Source: Elusimicrobiota bacterium (lineage in GTDB: Bacteria; CG03; SLGR01; JAGXOG01). From it: a DNA stretch of 12,023 nt. The notes below the pieces were generated by a model. The model saw only the letters and a list, made by a program, of their open reading frames with translations. It was not told the DNA's origin and did not search any database. The position numbers and the translations under genes are program-made. The stretch lies in the NCBI GenBank assembly GCA_051745145.1, contig JBNJDT010000044.1, positions 1 to 12,023 of the forward strand, given 5' to 3'. The number at the start of each line of letters is the position of its first letter. Within the stretch, counting starts at the first letter, position 1. Positions 1 to 9,095 of this stretch are shown here, one piece after another.

Positions 1-30
1 CTTACAGAATAAAAACAGTTAAATTTATTA

Positions 31-897
31 TTATATATCTTTGAATCCGGATTTTTTTATTATATCTTCTGCCAGAGAAGCCCTGTTCATTATGTATAAG
101 TGTATCCCCTGGGCAGAGCCGCTTTTTAAAAGATCCGTGACCTGTCCGGCGGCATAATCTGTTCCCGCTTTTTCCATATCCCGGGGGTTGCTTCCGTATT
201 TTTCTATCAGAGATTTTAAGTCATCCGGTATACTGGCTCCGCACATCTGAACCATCTTTTTTACAAGGTTTTCGCTGAAAACCGGCATAATCCCCGCGGA
301 AACGGGTACATCTATATTAATATCCCTTATTTTTTCAATAAACCTGTAAAAATCATCATTGTTAAAAAATAACTGAGTTATAATAAAATCAGCCCCGCAG
401 TCTATTTTATATTTTAAATTTTCTATATCTTCTTTGAAACTGGGAGCCTGGGGATGTTTTTCCGGATATCCGGCAACGCCCAGGGAAAATCCGTTATTTT
501 TATTAATATATTTTACAAGATCACTGGCATAGCAAAAATCCGACACAAGCTCATCCCGGCTCTTACCATCGGGTATATCCCCTCTTAAGGCCAGGATATT
601 TTCTATATCTTTTTCTCTCAAAATATTCAATAATTCTCCTATGCTTTGAAAATTTGAATCAATACAGGTAAGGTGCATTAACGTTTCAATATTAAATTTA
701 TTTTTTACTGTGTCCACAACTTCGACAGTTTTTTCTTTTGTACCTCCACCCGCACCGTAAGTTACGCTGATAAAATCGGGATTTAAATTTTGCAGTGACC
801 GGAACGTATCGTAATTTATGGACTTGTCCGGTTTCGGAGGAAATACCTCACATGAAAAAACTGTATCTTTCTCTTCATATAACTTTGAAATTTTCAT
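31..897 (-). CDS. metF: 5,10-methylenetetrahydrofolate reductase
   Basis: 288 aa with the MTHFR motifs FSCEVFPPK, PDFISVTYGAGG, HLTC, ILALRGD, AGYPEKHP, GADFIITQLFF, AGIMP and GIHLY. The ATG overlaps the upstream stop (TAATG, 895-899). The stop is followed by two more in-frame TAA codons (25-30). Confidence 0.96.
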   Translation of the reverse strand: MKISKLYEEKDTVFSCEVFPPKPDKSINYDTFRSLQNLNPDFISVTYGAGGGTKEKTVEVVDTVKNKFNIETLMHLTCIDSNFQSIGELLNILREKDIENILALRGDIPDGKSRDELVSDFCYASDLVKYINKNNGFSLGVAGYPEKHPQAPSFKEDIENLKYKIDCGADFIITQLFFNNDDFYRFIEKIRDINIDVPVSAGIMPVFSENLVKKMVQMCGASIPDDLKSLIEKYGSNPRDMEKAGTDYAAGQVTDLLKSGSAQGIHLYIMNRASLAEDIIKKSGFKDI

Positions 898-1976
898 TAG
901 TATTCTAGCCTTTCTTTGGTTTCCGGATCAAAAAACAATACTTTTTCTATATCCAAATCAAAATTAATCTGATTATCCTTGTCAAATGTATCGTATGTTG
1001 AGACAAACTTATCGAAATTTTCTTTTGACTCTCTTATACGGATAGTAGTATCGCCGGTTTTTAAATGTAAAACCACGTCCGGTCCGGACGTTTCTTTAAT
1101 ATCTATATCAACTTTCCAGCTGTCTTCCCTGACGGTGAGTTCCAAATCTTCCGGTCTTACAGCGGCAAGTACTTTTTTTTGCGTAAAATTAGGTATTACC
1201 GGCATCTCTATTTCTCTGCCTAAAATTGTAAGGGCTCCCGCCTCTACTTCGGCATTAAAAATATTAATATCGGGACTTCCTATAAACTTAGCCACAAAAA
1301 GATTTTCGGGATCGGAATATATCTTAGCGGGAACGCCGGTTTGCTGGATCTTACCATCCTTAATTACAGCTATTCTGTCCGCCAGAGTCATGGCCTCTTC
1401 TTGATCGTGAGTCACATATAAAGTCGTAATATTCATCTCTTTTTGTATGCGGGCAAGTTCTATTCTCAAATGCTGCCTTAGTTTGGCATCCAGATTGGAA
1501 AGAGGTTCATCCAGAAGGAATACTGTAGGTTTCCGGACCAGGGCCCTGCCCACGGCTACTCTCTGTTTTTCTCCGCCGGAAAGTTCGGAAGCTTTTTTAT
1601 ACATTATATCATCGATTTTTAACAGTTCGGCCGTCTCTTTAACTATTTCTTTCCTTTTACTTTCTACTACTTTATGCATTTTAAGAGGAAATTCAAGATT
1701 CTTTTTTACCGTCATATGGGGATAGAGGGCATAGTTTTGAAATACCATGGCCGTATTTCTCTGACGGGGTCCCTGCTCGGTCTTATCCTTCCATTTAATT
1801 ATAATCTGACCGTCGTCGGGATCCTCCAGGCCGGCTATAAGCCGGAGTATAGTTGTTTTTCCGCATCCGGACGGCCCAACCAGCACAAAAAATTCTCCAT
1901 CCTCAACAGTAAAATCTATATCCTCGCAAGCGACAATATTTTTAAATTTTTTAGTAACGTTTCTTAATTTAAGCAT
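897..1976 (-). CDS. Carbohydrate ABC transporter ATP-binding protein (MalK/UgpC/MsmX family)
   Basis: Walker A GPSGCGKT, Q-loop MVFQNYALYPHMTV, signature LSGGEKQR, Walker B LLDEPLSNLDAKLR, H-loop YVTHDQEEAMTLADRI, CUT1 motif FVAKFIGSP, and a C-terminal TOBE-like region ending FFDPETKERL. Confidence 0.96.
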   Translation of the reverse strand: MLKLRNVTKKFKNIVACEDIDFTVEDGEFFVLVGPSGCGKTTILRLIAGLEDPDDGQIIIKWKDKTEQGPRQRNTAMVFQNYALYPHMTVKKNLEFPLKMHKVVESKRKEIVKETAELLKIDDIMYKKASELSGGEKQRVAVGRALVRKPTVFLLDEPLSNLDAKLRQHLRIELARIQKEMNITTLYVTHDQEEAMTLADRIAVIKDGKIQQTGVPAKIYSDPENLFVAKFIGSPDINIFNAEVEAGALTILGREIEMPVIPNFTQKKVLAAVRPEDLELTVREDSWKVDIDIKETSGPDVVLHLKTGDTTIRIRESKENFDKFVSTYDTFDKDNQINFDLDIEKVLFFDPETKERLEY

Positions 1977-1982
1977 AATTTT

Positions 1983-2795
1983 TTATCCTTTAATTCCTCC
2001 AAATGATATTCCCCGAATAAGTTTTTTTTGCCCTATAATAAAAAGAATTAAAACCGGGACTGTAATAATTACCACAGCAGCCATAAGTTGAACATAATTA
2101 GTGGCAAACTGCTCCTGAAATACAGAAAGTCCCAGTTGAACATTTCTCATACCGGTTGAATCTGTAAAGATTAACCATTTAAAAAGATTATTCCATTCGG
2201 CGACAAAAGTAAATATAAACAGAGTACCTGCTGCCGGCAGCGCCTGTGGAAAAACGACCTTCCACAATGTGGTCCACCGGGAGGCTCCGTCAATGGCCGC
2301 CGCTTCTTCAAGTTCCCAGGGCACTTTCATAAAGAACTGCCTGAATAAATATATGCCAAACCCGTTGGCCAGCATGGGAACTATTAAACCCTGGTAGGTA
2401 TTAATCCAGCCCAGCTGGGAAAGCAAAACAAAGAGAGGAACTACGATTATATGGTAGGGAATTATCAGGGTAGCCAGGACAGTCATAAATACTACTTTTC
2501 TACCCTTAAATTCCATTCTGGCCAGAGCATACCCGGCCAGTACGGAAGTAAAAATCTGACCTAAAGTCACGCTCAGGGCAACTATTAAAGAGTTTAGAAA
2601 ATATCTGGGAAATTCCGCCGCGGTCCAGGCATCTTTGTAATTTTCAAAATGAAAACTTTTTATAAGCAGTTCATAAGAGTCCATAACTTGAGAAGAATCC
2701 TTTAAGGAAGTCACTATTACCCAAATGAGCGGAAAGAGAAAAACCGCGCAGATTACAATTAAAAAAATATGGGAAATTATGGATTTTATTTTCAT
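1983..2795 (-). CDS. Carbohydrate ABC transporter permease (MalG/UgpE-like)
   Basis: 270 aa with several hydrophobic segments, AGYALARMEFKGR and the EAA loop ELEEAAAIDGAS. ATGA overlap with the upstream gene (2792-2795) and a GGAGG Shine-Dalgarno inside that gene's 3' end. Confidence 0.95.
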   Translation of the reverse strand: MKIKSIISHIFLIVICAVFLFPLIWVIVTSLKDSSQVMDSYELLIKSFHFENYKDAWTAAEFPRYFLNSLIVALSVTLGQIFTSVLAGYALARMEFKGRKVVFMTVLATLIIPYHIIVVPLFVLLSQLGWINTYQGLIVPMLANGFGIYLFRQFFMKVPWELEEAAAIDGASRWTTLWKVVFPQALPAAGTLFIFTFVAEWNNLFKWLIFTDSTGMRNVQLGLSVFQEQFATNYVQLMAAVVIITVPVLILFIIGQKKLIRGISFGGIKG

Positions 2796-3670
2796 TTATT
2801 TTCCTCCGGACTGAAATATTTTACTTTTACCCAGGTTATGGTAATTACTATCAGAAAAAGAACAGTGGAAATTGCCGCTCCATAACAGATATTAGACTCC
2901 TGAAAGGCCATTTCGTAGATATAGTAGACAAGTGTTGTCGTTCGTCCCATCGGACCGCCTCCGGTCATTATATATATCTGTGAGAAATCTCTGAAAGCGA
3001 ATATGAGATTTATTATAAGGACAAAGGAAGCAGTAGGCAAAAGATGGGGCCAGGTAATATATTTAAATTGCGCAAGCGCCCCGGCACCGTCAATCTTTGC
3101 CGCTGCATAAAGTTGCCCCGGTATAATCTGAAGTCCGGCCAGAAAAATCACCATGTTGTACCCTATTCTCCTCCACAGCGTTACGCCTATAATTGACCCT
3201 AAAGCTAAATCCGGATCTCCCAGCCAGTTAACTTTGTCCAGCCCCCCCTGTAGAAGAAAATGATTTAAAATACCTCCCTGATAATCGTACAGCCACAGCC
3301 ATACTATCCCGGTTGCCGCAAGAGATACTATAAACGGTAAAAATAAACAGGTCCTGTAAAAAGTATTTCCCCTGGTTCTATTGTTGATAAGAACCGCCAG
3401 CAGCAGTCCTCCGGCCATACCGGCGGGTACGGTTCCCAAAACATATAAAAATGTATTTTTTAGAGCGTTATAAAATCCCGGGTCTTTAAAAAGCCGTATA
3501 TAATTTTCAAAACCGGTAAAAGTAATTTGACCGCCGGAAAAAATATCCCATTTAAAGAAAGAAAGGACAAAAAGCGATAATACGGGCAAAATTATGAAGA
3601 TAGTTAGAAAAAAGAGCCCGGGAGTAAGATAAAAATACGCAGCAAAAGATTTTCTTCTCTTTTCTCTCAT
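2792..3670 (-). CDS. Carbohydrate ABC transporter permease (MalF/UgpA-like)
   Basis: 292 aa with FTGFENY, GYNMVIFLAGLQ, EAA-like loop LYAAAKIDGAG, ITWPHLLP and IYIMTGGGP. TAATG overlap with the SBP stop (3668-3672). Confidence 0.95.
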   Translation of the reverse strand: MREKRRKSFAAYFYLTPGLFFLTIFIILPVLSLFVLSFFKWDIFSGGQITFTGFENYIRLFKDPGFYNALKNTFLYVLGTVPAGMAGGLLLAVLINNRTRGNTFYRTCLFLPFIVSLAATGIVWLWLYDYQGGILNHFLLQGGLDKVNWLGDPDLALGSIIGVTLWRRIGYNMVIFLAGLQIIPGQLYAAAKIDGAGALAQFKYITWPHLLPTASFVLIINLIFAFRDFSQIYIMTGGGPMGRTTTLVYYIYEMAFQESNICYGAAISTVLFLIVITITWVKVKYFSPEENK

Positions 3671-4920
3671 TACAAATTCTCCACCTCTTCAGCGGCCTGT
3701 TTAAGGGCCTCTTCGGGAGTCTGTTTCTGGTAAAGCGCCCTTTCTATAGCCCGGCCTATTCTCCTGGATATCCTTGAATATCCGGGTATTCCGGGACGGG
3801 TCTTACCGAATTCCATGGATTTTACAAAAGTCTCCATGAAAGGATTATCGCTGAGAAATCGGGAATACTTTTGCGACTGGGTAGCTTTTTTATTTACCGG
3901 CAGATAACCGGTCTGTATAGCCCAGTCTGTCTGAAAATTTTCAGACATTACATATTTTGCAAATTTTCGGGAAGCTTCTTCTTTCTTCTCTGTAGATTTA
4001 AAAATATACAAATTTTCGCCTCCTATGTTAGTGGCTCTTTTTTTATTTTTTGGCAAACTGAAGGAACCGTAATCTATCTCATCCTGCTCTTTTAAAAGAG
4101 TATAATTCCAGGGACCGTTTATCATCATGGAAACTCTACCGGATAAAAAATTATCCAATTTGTAACCTGTATCCGCCGCCGAAAATATAGCGGCATTGTC
4201 TTTCTCTTTAAGGTCCACCCAGAATTTAAGAGCCTCTATTCCCGGTTTCCTTTGAAAAGCGGGCTGATTTTTATCCGTAAGTAGACTGCCCCCCGCCTGC
4301 CACAGGAAAGTCTGCCAGGTCCAGACGGTCCACTCCTGCGTGCCCATAGGTATAAGAAAGCCGTACCGGTTAGAATCTTTTTGGGTTAGCCGGATAGCGG
4401 CCTGGCGGAATTCTTCCCAGGTCCGGGGCAGCTTTTTTATGCCAGCTTCCTTAAAATGAGTTTTATTATAGTATATTGCTAAATTATTTGTATCAAAAGG
4501 CAGAGTATATATTTCCCCCTTGTATTTCCCGCTTTCTAAAATATTTGAGTATATGTCGCCGGCGTTAAATTGAGGATCTTTAAGGAATTTCCCGGCTTTC
4601 AATAATTTACCGCTCTGGGCCAGTTTTCCGGTATATACCGGGGCTAACCAGAGAAGTTCAGGTTCCCGGTCTGCGGATAAAGCAGTTATTATCTTAGGCA
4701 TAGCCCTGTCCTGGGCACCTATATTTTCCGGTTTTATTTTAATACCCGGGTTTTTATCTTCAAATACAGCTATTTTTTGTCTTAATAATCTGTTGTCTTT
4801 AGGATTTTCGATGCTATGCCAAAACCTTAAAGTCACCTCTTCTTTTTGATGAGTGCCGGTCTGACACCCGGTAAACAAAAGAGCAAGCATTAAGAATATT
4901 ACAGTTCTTTTAAAAATCAT
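3670..4920 (-). CDS. Carbohydrate ABC transporter substrate-binding lipoprotein (SBP family 1)
   Basis: Signal peptide with lipobox LFTG-C19, plus family motifs TLRFWH, YTLPF...AIYYNK, PRTWEEF, SMMINGPW, GGENL and TGYLP. Directly upstream of two permeases and an ATPase. Substrate cannot be determined from the sequence. Confidence 0.93.
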   Translation of the reverse strand: MIFKRTVIFLMLALLFTGCQTGTHQKEEVTLRFWHSIENPKDNRLLRQKIAVFEDKNPGIKIKPENIGAQDRAMPKIITALSADREPELLWLAPVYTGKLAQSGKLLKAGKFLKDPQFNAGDIYSNILESGKYKGEIYTLPFDTNNLAIYYNKTHFKEAGIKKLPRTWEEFRQAAIRLTQKDSNRYGFLIPMGTQEWTVWTWQTFLWQAGGSLLTDKNQPAFQRKPGIEALKFWVDLKEKDNAAIFSAADTGYKLDNFLSGRVSMMINGPWNYTLLKEQDEIDYGSFSLPKNKKRATNIGGENLYIFKSTEKKEEASRKFAKYVMSENFQTDWAIQTGYLPVNKKATQSQKYSRFLSDNPFMETFVKSMEFGKTRPGIPGYSRISRRIGRAIERALYQKQTPEEALKQAAEEVENL

Positions 4921-4939
4921 TTATTTATTTCCCATTGTT

Positions 4940-7069
4940 TTACTGAATTAACTCGTAGCATGAAATTCCCCGGGGTGAATTTCCGGTAACCAGATTATTT
5001 TTACCGGTATCTGTTTTCAGCCAGCCTATAGAAAGTTTTTTTCCTTTCCCTTTTAAATAGCCGACGGTATTGCCCTCACTGTCAAATATATAAATCTGTC
5101 CGTCATAAGTACTGACCGCCATTAAATCATAATCCGGATCCGGTTTTACCTGATATACTCTGGATTTGACAGGCTCCCCCAGGATAACTTCCCACATACT
5201 TTCATTGTCCTGATCCATGACTTTTAAAATTTCGTGTTCACCGTCGCTTCCGGATATGACAGTTAATTTTTCTTTTCCGTCTATAACAGTTAAAAAATCC
5301 ACAAAAACCTTATTCTCAATTTTATCGGTTAATTTTCCGTCTGTATTCAATTTGTATAAATTACCGTCATTAGAAAGAGCAATAATTTGATTTTGGCCGG
5401 CAACGGATAGATGAGTGACATTTACCACAGCACTGCTTTTAGAAATTATATCTCCATCCGGGTTTAAAATTTGAACCCCCTCTTTGCCCCCTGTTCCTGC
5501 AAAAAACCGGGAACTGCCGGAATTTGCAGGTAAAGTTACATCAAGTATGGAGGGCACTATATTTTGAGTCCACAATATTTCTCCCTTCCTGTCAATTAAA
5601 GCTAAATTCCTCTCCCCTCTTTGATAAATAAGATAACCCCGGTTTCCGTCTTTTAATAAATCAAATTTTTTAATATGGTCAAAACGCTGTTTTAGTTTAA
5701 GAATATTTATTATATTACCTCTTGCTCCCACCGTAATAAGGTTTCCGTTTAAAGTAACTGCTTTTATATCTTCCCCCCCGATCATATCCGATATATCAGA
5801 TGAAATATTCCATAATCTGTATACCCCTTTATCCTCTTCTGTAATACCATCCTTCCGGGAAGGCTGAAACAGGTTTATATCTCTTAAGATCTGTTTTACC
5901 AGACCCGGAAAATACCCGGTGTAAACCTGGGTTATTTTACCCAGATCGTTTATTAAATACCCGGTTGGCAAAGTATTCACCCGGTATAGATCTTTTATTT
6001 CGTTTTCTTTATCTTCTGCCAGTACAATATTATCGTTTTCCTCCAGGGGAACTTCCTCTATTAAAGAATCTTTAATATTTTCAGAGATAATAATAACATT
6101 TAAATTTTCTGATCCGGCTTCTTCATTTATTTCTTCTAATATCTGTAAAAATTTTTCGGTATTATCTTCTGCCGGATTCAGGAAAAACAAAATTAAAGGT
6201 TTATCCAAATAATCGGTAATGTTTTTAATTTTATCTGAATTATGGGGAGTAAACTCAAAATTTCTGTAATTACTTCCGGCGTAAATATCGGGGCCTTCTG
6301 AAAATTTTCCGTCGAAAAATGAGTCAGTTTTACTCACTTCTTCCGGGGGGGAGAATTCAAAAGTCTCTTCTTTTATATCTATATCTGTCTGTATATTATT
6401 GTGAAATTCCGTGTAGCGCATCTTAATATCCCCGGTTACCATATTTTTATGTCTTTTACTTACAATATCCTTAAGATCTGCCTCGATTTTAGTTATGAGC
6501 TGCCTTTCAGAATCAATCCATAATTTTAATGTTGTGCCACTGCCCGTGACACTTATTATTTTATTTAAAGTGTCTTTAATTATCTCTTCCCCGGATAATT
6601 TTATAGTTAAATTTTCAGACTGTAAAAAATCGGATTTTGGATCAAAGAACTGGAATAAAATAAATTTTTCCGAGCTCATGGAAGCCGGAGAATCCAGCTG
6701 GGCCTGTAAAGTTTCCAGCAGGTCCGGGGGGGTTTTATCAACCGTGTATTTATTTAAATGGGGAATATAAACCCATTTTTTTTCGCCGTTAGAAAAAATT
6801 TCTCTGTTTCTGTTAAGGTCTTTGCTGAGTACGGCAAATTTATTGGGTTTTTCAAGGTATATGTCAAATTCACGGGTAAGCATGTTATCCATATTGTCAT
6901 CCGTTATAACCATCTCCGCTCTGGTGGTGTCCCGATAGGTCTGCAGGGAACTGTAATTTTCCACAACTTTTTTGATTATATCCTGCGCTTTATTACTGTC
7001 AGACTTTTCAGCACTACCCCCTAATACGGTTAATATTAAAATAACTGATGATAGAATTATATTTTTCAT
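4940..7069 (-). CDS. Exported multidomain protein: LolA/DUF2092-like domain + thioredoxin-like (TlpA/AhpC-TSA fold, no CxxC) + probable beta-propeller
   Basis: 709 aa with signal peptide MKNIILSSVILILTVLGGSA. LolA-like motifs: EKPNKF, SNGEKKWVY, KLWID, TFEFSPPEE. Redoxin-like segment: DYLDKPLILFF...YRVNTLPTGYLINDLGKI...GY. C-terminal repeats of the type ALIDRKGEILW, ILNPDGDII, KLNTDGKL, IFDSEGNTV. The ORF is secure; the domain calls are by eye. Confidence 0.7.
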   Translation of the reverse strand: MKNIILSSVILILTVLGGSAEKSDSNKAQDIIKKVVENYSSLQTYRDTTRAEMVITDDNMDNMLTREFDIYLEKPNKFAVLSKDLNRNREIFSNGEKKWVYIPHLNKYTVDKTPPDLLETLQAQLDSPASMSSEKFILFQFFDPKSDFLQSENLTIKLSGEEIIKDTLNKIISVTGSGTTLKLWIDSERQLITKIEADLKDIVSKRHKNMVTGDIKMRYTEFHNNIQTDIDIKEETFEFSPPEEVSKTDSFFDGKFSEGPDIYAGSNYRNFEFTPHNSDKIKNITDYLDKPLILFFLNPAEDNTEKFLQILEEINEEAGSENLNVIIISENIKDSLIEEVPLEENDNIVLAEDKENEIKDLYRVNTLPTGYLINDLGKITQVYTGYFPGLVKQILRDINLFQPSRKDGITEEDKGVYRLWNISSDISDMIGGEDIKAVTLNGNLITVGARGNIINILKLKQRFDHIKKFDLLKDGNRGYLIYQRGERNLALIDRKGEILWTQNIVPSILDVTLPANSGSSRFFAGTGGKEGVQILNPDGDIISKSSAVVNVTHLSVAGQNQIIALSNDGNLYKLNTDGKLTDKIENKVFVDFLTVIDGKEKLTVISGSDGEHEILKVMDQDNESMWEVILGEPVKSRVYQVKPDPDYDLMAVSTYDGQIYIFDSEGNTVGYLKGKGKKLSIGWLKTDTGKNNLVTGNSPRGISCYELIQ

Positions 7070-7079
7070 AAATAAATTA

Positions 7080-7607
7080 TTATATTTCTATACCTTTTCT
7101 GGCTGTTACTCCATCGCTGTATGGATGTTTTACACATTTAATTTCACTTACTAAATCTGCTTTTTTTATTATTTTAGAAGTTGCGCCCCTTCCGGTCAAG
7201 ACCAGCTCCACGGTGCCGGAATTTTTTTCTAAAAATTCCAGTAAGATATTTTCGGATATTATATTGTAATTTAAGGCTATAAGAATCTCATCTAAAATAA
7301 CCAAATCATAAGCTTCTCTTCCGGTATTTCTGGAAATATAATTCAGTCCGTTTATTATCTCTTTCTTTAAAATTTCAGTTCTTTCTTTAATCTCTCCCAG
7401 CCGGCTTTGGGCAAAATATTCTATTTTTACTCCCGTCCGGGATAAAAGCTCAGCTTCCCCCCCGGCTTTTAATTTCTGTTTAAAAAAATAGTTATACAAT
7501 ACCTGCCAGTCGTGGGATCTGGCTCTAAGGGCTAAACCTACCGAAGCAGTGGTTTTTCCCTTACCTTTACCGGTATAAATATGTGTATAACCTTTATTCG
7601 ACTTCAT
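7080..7607 (-). CDS. cobO: Cob(I)yrinic acid a,c-diamide / corrinoid adenosyltransferase (CobA/CobO/BtuR family)
   Basis: Short P-loop IYTGKGKGKTTASVGLALRA, YDLVILDEI, ELVLTGRGA, ADLVSEI, KHPY..G..ARKGIE. Overlaps the upstream ORF by 14 nt. Confidence 0.92.
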   Translation of the reverse strand: MKSNKGYTHIYTGKGKGKTTASVGLALRARSHDWQVLYNYFFKQKLKAGGEAELLSRTGVKIEYFAQSRLGEIKERTEILKKEIINGLNYISRNTGREAYDLVILDEILIALNYNIISENILLEFLEKNSGTVELVLTGRGATSKIIKKADLVSEIKCVKHPYSDGVTARKGIEI

Positions 7608-9069
7608 AATGTTGTTTCCTATATCTGTAATATTTTAAGGAATCCCTGTACCACCGGCGAGTATTTTTTGCGAAACTGTCAAAATTCTGAGCCAGACAAA
7701 AGCCCCGGGCTGTATCGGCATTTGCTTCTCCTATGAGTCCGGCCGCCGGGGCAAGATCAAACTGAGCTCTTACGGGAACTTTATCTTTTAAATTTGGAGG
7801 TAGAGTTTCTATGAGAGCTTTCATACCCAGAGCCCCTTTTTTTAAAATCCGGTAAATCCGCCTCTTTCCCCCTGCGGCGTTAACCATTAAGTTGTTTACC
7901 GGAACCAGCCGGTCAAGCTCCAGTTCTCCCGTCTGTTTATTGGAAATATTATCGGCCCCTACGTACCCGATGCCATTTTTTGAAAACTTTATCTGGAAAA
8001 TGCGGGCGTATATGGTTTCCAGTTGAATTCCTTTTTCGGTTAAACGGTAATGGGCTCTCAATCCCCAGGTGCCAAAATTTATATAGTGATTTACTATAGG
8101 ATGATACCGGCGGTTGAATTTCTTCTCAAATTTTTTAATAGCTCCCGTAAGTTTGGAAACTGCCTCTTTTCGGCTGTAACTTTTTTTATTCTTCCGGGTC
8201 TTTAGAATAGTTTCTAAATCATTTTTGCTCTGTATATCGATCTTTATATAATTTTTATTCAGGATTTTGTGACTTTTAAAATAGTTGTACACCCACCACA
8301 GCTCTTCTAAAACTCCGGCTTTTTCCGGATTTACGGTTAAATCTATTATATGGGGCCGGGCCGTATCCCCGGATACCCTGGATAAGTCGGGAATTATATA
8401 TCTAACGCCATTATTTTTGGGAATTTTTACCAGCCTGAACCCCCCTAAACCTCCCCCGCCTTCGGGGGGCTTAATAAAAAAGCTGTCTGTCTCATCTATA
8501 CTGTCTACAGTATCTAAAATATTCCGGGCTGTATCTTCTGGAGATTTCCTATTTTTTAAGCCGGCGTCCTGAAATTTAGCTACTAAATCTTTGCCGGGGA
8601 AATTTTTAAGTAATAATTTATAGGTCTCTAATTTATTGCTGAATAATCCGCCGGGGGCTGTCAGCGGACCGGGAGAGGCGACGCTTCCCTTATCTTCTAT
8701 CTTCAAACTTAAATTTTTATTATAAGTTTTCTTTTTAACGCAGTGAGAAAGGTATAAAGTAGTGGCGGGCTTTTTTTCCATTTCTTTTAAAATTTCTTCC
8801 CTGGTATTAATGACTTTCCCCTTATTTACAACTCTTTGAGCTTCCGAAGTGGCCGGTAAATTATCCTGGGAAGCGTCAATCCACACTATATTTTCCGGTA
8901 TACCTTCTCCGGATGGGAGATTAAGAGAAATTTCTTTAAATCCGTCCTCTTTTACGATATCCCTGTTAAAATTTTTTATAATGTTTAAGGCATACTCATT
9001 ATCACTGCCGTCAAACCGGCGGGCTGCTTTTAATAATCCTTCGGAATAGTATTTTGATTCTCTTTTCAT
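7594..9069 (-). CDS. Hypothetical protein, probable divergent ATP-grasp ligase
   Basis: 491 aa carrying ATP-grasp-like motifs in the expected order: SNKLETYKLL, FFIKPPEGGGGLG (KPxxGxGGxG loop), GLRAH, DNISN, and QFDL...IGEAN (D...ExN metal ligands). Long insertions separate the motifs. Confidence 0.65.
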   Translation of the reverse strand: MKRESKYYSEGLLKAARRFDGSDNEYALNIIKNFNRDIVKEDGFKEISLNLPSGEGIPENIVWIDASQDNLPATSEAQRVVNKGKVINTREEILKEMEKKPATTLYLSHCVKKKTYNKNLSLKIEDKGSVASPGPLTAPGGLFSNKLETYKLLLKNFPGKDLVAKFQDAGLKNRKSPEDTARNILDTVDSIDETDSFFIKPPEGGGGLGGFRLVKIPKNNGVRYIIPDLSRVSGDTARPHIIDLTVNPEKAGVLEELWWVYNYFKSHKILNKNYIKIDIQSKNDLETILKTRKNKKSYSRKEAVSKLTGAIKKFEKKFNRRYHPIVNHYINFGTWGLRAHYRLTEKGIQLETIYARIFQIKFSKNGIGYVGADNISNKQTGELELDRLVPVNNLMVNAAGGKRRIYRILKKGALGMKALIETLPPNLKDKVPVRAQFDLAPAAGLIGEANADTARGFCLAQNFDSFAKNTRRWYRDSLKYYRYRKQHYEVE

Positions 9070-9095
9070 CTATATGACCCGTCCTCTCTATACAT
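9066..9095 (-). CDS. Possible 9-aa micro-ORF MYREDGSYR
   Basis: ATG TAT AGA GAG GAC GGG TCA TAT AGA TGA, preceded by CAGGT-AATC. Its TGA overlaps the ATG of the 491-aa gene (ATGA). No evidence of translation. Confidence 0.3.
   Translation of the reverse strand: MYREDGSYR

Noticed and set aside
25..33. Triple TAA after metF (and double TAA after cobO at 7077-7082)
   Set aside because: Tandem stops are common in AT-rich genomes. There is no sign of readthrough or recoding, and all ORFs read normally in the standard bacterial code.
897..4920. Assigning a specific substrate or gene names (ugpBAEC, malEFGK) to the ABC system
   Set aside because: The motifs identify only the CUT1 family, and no neighbouring catabolic enzyme indicates the substrate.
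8453..8480. GC hairpin CCCCC-GCCTTC-GGGGG resembling a terminator
   Set aside because: It is explained by the Pro-Pro-Glu-Gly-Gly-Gly codons of the ATP-grasp glycine loop and lies mid-gene.
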